DNA from: Thermodesulfobacteriota bacterium
Lineage (GTDB): Bacteria > Desulfobacterota_D > UBA1144 > Nemesobacterales > UBA2774
Direction: 5' to 3'
Length of the DNA: 64,000 nucleotides
NCBI GenBank assembly: GCA_041390285.1
Contig: JAWKQD010000002.1
Coordinates: 131,205-195,204 of the forward strand
Made by a program: the position numbers and the translations under genes. Shown here piece by piece: positions 59,937-64,000 of this stretch (position 1 is its first letter; each line of letters starts with the position of its first letter). The notes under the pieces were generated by a model. The model was not told the DNA's origin. It saw only the letters and a list, made by a program, of their open reading frames with translations, and ran no database searches.

Positions 59937-60863
59937 ATGGGAGATTTCAAAAACGAATTCAGCTGGTCGGTCTCACGCGACGCGACGTTTAAGGAATGCA
60001 AACGGAAGTACTACTACGCCTACTACGGATACTGGGGCGGGTGGGACAGGAACAACGCCGACTACGTCACGCGGACGCTCTACGTCCTGAAACAGCTCCA
60101 GAACAGATGGCTCTGGAAGGGCTCGGTCGTCCACCACGAGATAGAGCGCGTCCTCAAGGAGCTCGTCACGACCGGAAGGCTCGTCCCCTTCGAAAAATCG
60201 GTCGAGAGGGTGAGGACCATGATGCGGGAAGGATTCAGATATTCCCGCGACAAGCTCTACTGGGACCACGAAGGGAGCATGAAGAACAAGACCGCCCTCT
60301 TCGAGCACGAGTACGAAACCGGTACCCCCGACAAGGTGTGGAAGAAGAATTACGACGAGGTGGTCGAATGCCTTAAGGCGTTTTACGAGTCGCCTGTCCT
60401 CGAGGAGATAAAAAACACCCCCCACGACAAAATAATCTCCATAGAGAGCATGAACGGGGCCTATTTCTCGTTTTCGGAAGACAAGTATTTCGTAAAGCTC
60501 GACCTCGCTTACGAAAAGGACGGGGGCATCGAGATAGTAGACTGGAAGACCGGGTCCGGCGAGTCGGGCGACTTTCAGTTCAGGCTCTACACTCTCTACG
60601 CCGCCGAGGAGCTCGACGTTCCCCACGAGACTATATCCCTTACGGAATACAAGCTCCAGTCCGGCGAGTCCGCAGTACACAAATTCTCGAAAGAAGACCT
60701 CGCGGCCACAGAGGAATACATCAAGGAAAGCATACAGGAGATGAAGGACTCCCTTTCGGACGAGGCCGAGAATGCCGCCGTCATGAAAGACTTCCCGAGG
60801 ACGGAAGACGAAAAGACCTGCGAATATTGTAACTTTAAGAAGATTTGCTTCGACCTCGAATAG
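59937..60863 (+). CDS. PD-(D/E)XK nuclease, Cas4/AddB-like with Cys cluster
   Basis: N-terminal Cys (FKECKRKYYY), core DLAY..IEIVDWKTG (D..ExK), QFRLYTLY (QxxxY), C-terminal CEYCNFKKIC. The ORF track starts at a TTG at 59925 overlapping the GNAT stop; the first ATG is at 59937. Confidence 0.7.
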   Translation: MGDFKNEFSWSVSRDATFKECKRKYYYAYYGYWGGWDRNNADYVTRTLYVLKQLQNRWLWKGSVVHHEIERVLKELVTTGRLVPFEKSVERVRTMMREGFRYSRDKLYWDHEGSMKNKTALFEHEYETGTPDKVWKKNYDEVVECLKAFYESPVLEEIKNTPHDKIISIESMNGAYFSFSEDKYFVKLDLAYEKDGGIEIVDWKTGSGESGDFQFRLYTLYAAEELDVPHETISLTEYKLQSGESAVHKFSKEDLAATEEYIKESIQEMKDSLSDEAENAAVMKDFPRTEDEKTCEYCNFKKICFDLE

Positions 60864-60972
60864 GGCGAATAACGCCCTCCCCCGCCCGCTCCGGGCTTCC
60901 GGTCCCCATGCCGGTCTTAACCGAAAATTCGGATTAAGGGTGTAAAATGATAGAATAGGAAATGGAAGAACC

Positions 60973-62352
60973 ATGTCCGAACTGATAAGAAAAGTTAACA
61001 ATTTCTTCTCGCGCCAGCTCTGGCGGATTGATACGAGCGCCCTTACACGGCCGAGGTCCATACTCGTAAACATCGTAAGGCTCCTCTACATAACATTCCG
61101 CGAATACAGGAGTAACGAGCTTGCGCTCAGGGCTATGAGCCTCGTCTATACGACGCTCCTGTCGATAATCCCTCTCCTCGCGTTCAGCATATCCCTTCTG
61201 AAGGGCTTCGGCGTCGTAGACAGCCAGCTCGAGCCCCTTCTGCAGAAATTCCTGGCCCCTCTCGGCGAAAAAGGGCCCGAGATCGCCGGGCAGATAATGG
61301 AGTTCATCGGGAGGATAAACTTCGGCGTCCTCGGCGCCGCCGGGCTCGTCATGCTCATCTACACCTCCATATCCGTCATCCAGAAGATAGAAGACTCGAT
61401 GAACGTCATATGGAAGGTCATCAAGGGCAGGAGCTTCGCCCGAAGGTTCACCGACTACGCCGCGGCGCTTCTGGTAGGTCCGGTGCTCCTGTTCGCCATG
61501 TTCGTCGTCACGGCGACGCTTTCGAGCAACACCATCGTCACGAAGATCGCCGAGATAGAGCCCTTCGGGACGATCATAGTCGCCTCGGGCAAGGTCATCC
61601 CGTTCACGTTTGTCATCCTGATCTTCTCGTTCATCTACTACGTAATCCCCAATACGAAAGTGAAATTCTTCTCCGCGCTCGTCGGCGGCGCAGTCGCCGG
61701 GATAGCGTGGCACATCACCGGCTGGATTTTCACCGTGGCCGTAGCCTCATCCACAAAATACGCGGCGATATATTCCGGCCTCGCCGTCCTCATCATATTC
61801 ATGATCTGGCTCTACATCAACTGGCTCATCGTGCTCATAGGCGCGCAGGTCGCGTTCTGCCACCAGAACCTGAAATTCCTTACGCTCAGAAGAGAGGTCT
61901 TCAACCTGGGCCCGAAGCTCATGGAAAAGCTCTCGATAATCGTCATGTACCGTGTGGCGTATAACTTCTACAACGGGCTCGGGGCGTGGACGCTCGGGTC
62001 GCTTATCGCCGGGACAGGCCTCCCGAGGGAGCCGGTCGTGGAAACCGTAAACGAGCTCATGCAGAAAAACCTCCTTATCGAAACGAAAGACAATCCCCCC
62101 TGCCTCATACCGCCTCGGAGCATCGAGAAAATAAGAGTTAGGGAGATCATATCCGCCGTAAGGACGACCGATCAGACCGATCTCGTAGAGAAGAAGTATC
62201 TTTCCGTGCCCGCGGTCGACGAAATCACCGACAGGGTGGAAAACGCGGTGAACGAGGCGCTCGGCGACCTTACGCTCAAAGACCTCGTAACCAGGGATGA
62301 AAAGGAAGAAAGGAGGGGACAGTCTGCCCCCTCCACTGAAGTTTCCGGCTAA
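60973..62352 (+). CDS. YihY/BrkB (ribonuclease BN-like) family membrane protein with C-terminal soluble domain
   Basis: 459-aa intact ORF: ..ALRAMSLVYTTLLSIIPLLA..AGLVMLIYT..FSFIYYVIPN..SGLAVLIIFMIWLYINWLIVLIGAQVAF. Confidence 0.8.
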   Translation: MSELIRKVNNFFSRQLWRIDTSALTRPRSILVNIVRLLYITFREYRSNELALRAMSLVYTTLLSIIPLLAFSISLLKGFGVVDSQLEPLLQKFLAPLGEKGPEIAGQIMEFIGRINFGVLGAAGLVMLIYTSISVIQKIEDSMNVIWKVIKGRSFARRFTDYAAALLVGPVLLFAMFVVTATLSSNTIVTKIAEIEPFGTIIVASGKVIPFTFVILIFSFIYYVIPNTKVKFFSALVGGAVAGIAWHITGWIFTVAVASSTKYAAIYSGLAVLIIFMIWLYINWLIVLIGAQVAFCHQNLKFLTLRREVFNLGPKLMEKLSIIVMYRVAYNFYNGLGAWTLGSLIAGTGLPREPVVETVNELMQKNLLIETKDNPPCLIPPRSIEKIRVREIISAVRTTDQTDLVEKKYLSVPAVDEITDRVENAVNEALGDLTLKDLVTRDEKEERRGQSAPSTEVSG

Positions 62353-63170
62353 TTACACCTAAGCTGGCCTCTATCGTTGTAGACGCCCTTGTTGCAGTTC
62401 TTGTACTTTATGCTCGTGTGGGAATACTTGTTGTTCCGGTTGAGGCACTCGGCTTCGAGCACATTACCTTCTACATAGATATTCCTGCAGGTGTTCTTGT
62501 AGCTGCCCTTTGGTAAAGAGCCGCTGCCGCCCCCGCCGCCTCCGCAAGTGAGCTGTCCGTTATCGGTCCATATGTCCTTATTGCAGTTCTTGTAATTGAT
62601 CGAAGTGTCGCGCCAGCCGCCGTTCTTTTTCTTGCAGCTCGCGTACAGTCGGCTGCCCTCGGTGTAATAATCGTTGCAGCTGTTCTTGTAGCTCCCGCGC
62701 GGGACGTTTCCGCCCGATCCCGACCCTTTACATGCGAGGTCGCCGTTGTCGTTCCAGATATCGCCCGAGCAGTTCTTGTAGTTGATGTTCGTATTGTTCC
62801 AGACCCCGTTTGTCTTCTTGCACTGGGCCTTGAGCTTGTTGCCGTCGGTACGTATGTCGCGGCAGGAATTCTTGTAGCTGCCGGAAGGGGTTTTGCCGGG
62901 ATTGATCGAGGAGTGTTTGCACTTCAAAGTCCCGTTATCGTTCCTGATGTCGCCCGAGCAGTCATGATACAGGAGCTTGGAGCTCTGCCAATTGCCGTCC
63001 ACTTTTTGGCACTGAGCGATTAGATTCCCGCCAACGACCGATATCTGCCGGCATGTGTCTTTATAGCTCCCGCCGGGTATGTTCTGGGCACGGGAGTCAG
63101 TGCCCTGCATAAATATTGCTACAGATAAAGTAAAAGATAAGATCAGCACACGAAATATAAATGCAGTCAT
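62349..63170 (-). CDS. Secreted protein built of four tandem CVNH (cyanovirin-N homology)-like half-domain repeats; putative lectin
   Basis: Signal peptide MTAFIFRVLILSFTLSVAIFMQG. Four repeats of about 55 aa, e.g. GSYKNSCRDIRTDGNKLKAQCKKTNGVWNNTNINYKNCSGDIWNDNGDLAC. Start set at the ATG at 63170, preceded by AGGAGG; the ORF track begins at 63305. Confidence 0.7.
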   Translation of the reverse strand: MTAFIFRVLILSFTLSVAIFMQGTDSRAQNIPGGSYKDTCRQISVVGGNLIAQCQKVDGNWQSSKLLYHDCSGDIRNDNGTLKCKHSSINPGKTPSGSYKNSCRDIRTDGNKLKAQCKKTNGVWNNTNINYKNCSGDIWNDNGDLACKGSGSGGNVPRGSYKNSCNDYYTEGSRLYASCKKKNGGWRDTSINYKNCNKDIWTDNGQLTCGGGGGGSGSLPKGSYKNTCRNIYVEGNVLEAECLNRNNKYSHTSIKYKNCNKGVYNDRGQLRCN

Positions 63171-63310
63171 TTCTATCTCCTCCTTGCGTGGGATTCCATC
63201 GTTTGAATTATACACCATCAGGGCCTCGAATAGAACGCACAATACCAAGTGTTTACGGATAATTCCGATACACGGGCGGGCCACTTTTTTAAAAGTCCCG
63301 GTCATGTATA

Positions 63311-64000
63311 ATGAGGAACCGGACTGTAATAAACGGACAACTCATGACGCTTTTGTGCATAAGACTGCTCGGATACATCCTTACCCTATCGATATGCACG
63401 GCGGCAATCACGGCTCCGAAAGCGCTTGGGGCCAGCATAGGCGTCGTGTTCGATGGCCCCTCCGAAATAAACCAGAGAACGCTATCTGTTTACGAAAAGG
63501 AAATAAAGGACCTCACGGCCGGTGAATTCACCGTAAGCTTCCCCGGGCAAGATAATAACCGCGGACTGGACAGCCCAGGGGTAAGGTCTGCGCTCGAAAG
63601 GCAGCTCTCGACCCGTCCGTCGATATAGTAATCGCCCTCGGAATAATAAGCTCTACCGAGCTCTCCGGATGGGGCGGCTTTCCCAAGCCCGTCATAGCGC
63701 CCTGGGTCATCGATCCGAAGCTGCTTGGTCTCACGCCCGGTGAAGACGGCGGGAGCGGCATAAGGAACTTCTACTACATATCCCGCACTGCGAGCTTCGA
63801 CAGGGACCTCGCTGCGTTCAAGCAGGCCGTGGGATTCAAAAAACTCGCCGTAGTCTATATGCCCATAGTAATGCAGCTTGCGCCCGGCATCGAAACAGTA
63901 GTCAGGAGAGCGCGGCGGCAAACGGCATCGAGATAGAGCTCGTCCCCGCGTCAGATTCCGCCGCCGCGACGGTGGCCGCGATCCCCGCCGACGCCGAGGC
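63311..64000 (+). pseudogene. Periplasmic substrate-binding-protein-like gene (ABC-type), frameshifted and truncated by the window edge
   Basis: Signal-like N-terminus, IGVVFDGPSEINQ. Later frames read VDIVIALGIISSTEL..PKPVIAPWVIDPKLLGL and GFKKLAVVYMP. Confidence 0.35.

Noticed and set aside
59973-61713. Minus-strand ORFs 59973-61073 (366 aa) and 60934-61713 (259 aa)
   Set aside because: They are antisense to the PD-(D/E)XK nuclease and yihY genes. Both are Arg/Glu/Asp/Gly-rich with no recognisable domains.
1-64000. Frame breaks as programmed ribosomal frameshifting or recoding
   Set aside because: There are too many, in unrelated gene families, with no shared slippery heptamer or downstream structure. 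An RNA gene (the tRNA T-stem) shows the same 1-nt defect.

Overview
Bacterial chromosomal fragment, GC-rich with visibly AT-rich intergenic spacers and frequent AGG (Arg) and ATA (Ile) codons. I saw no rRNA, CRISPR array, transposase, integrase or phage genes. Left part (1-26 kb): housekeeping and envelope genes (scpA/scpB, der, GT4 glycosyltransferase, phaR, ilvE, sppA, pepA, M20 peptidase, cbiX, vWA protein, acyl-CoA synthetase, L,D-transpeptidase, siroheme sulfite/nitrite reductase behind a consensus sigma-54 promoter). It also holds a small accessory locus: a type III PKS with an ICMT-like methyltransferase and DoxX, bracketed by two paralogous ArsR regulators. Centre (27.3-44.9 kb): about 20 genes, all on the minus strand, tightly spaced or overlapping. 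This cluster combines Nit1C / MSMEG_0565-0572 / sll0783-0787-type genes (GNAT, AIR-synthase-like, non-canonical radical SAM, DsrE-like small protein, flavoprotein, GT4) with FdrA, DUF1116/YlbE, DUF2877/YlbF and carbamate kinase. No nitrilase is present. It continues into a PLP-enzyme trio, a SAM methyltransferase and a ferritin-like protein. An FmdB zinc-ribbon gene and an amidohydrolase are transcribed divergently, next to an aberrant tRNA-Leu(GAG). This hybrid cluster is my main candidate for an undescribed system. Right part (46.9-64 kb): apgM, MBL hydrolase, amiC-like amidase, two ArsA-like ATPases, PolX, ligA, rlmB, M23 peptidase, GNAT plus Cas4-like nuclease, yihY, and a secreted 4-repeat CVNH (cyanovirin-like) lectin. 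Caveat: roughly half of the genes need one or more frame changes to be read. These breaks occur in patches, and several examined by hand sit in short homopolymers, so I read them mainly as sequence errors. Such genes are typed pseudogene, meaning 'interrupted as sequenced', and their coordinates are approximate.
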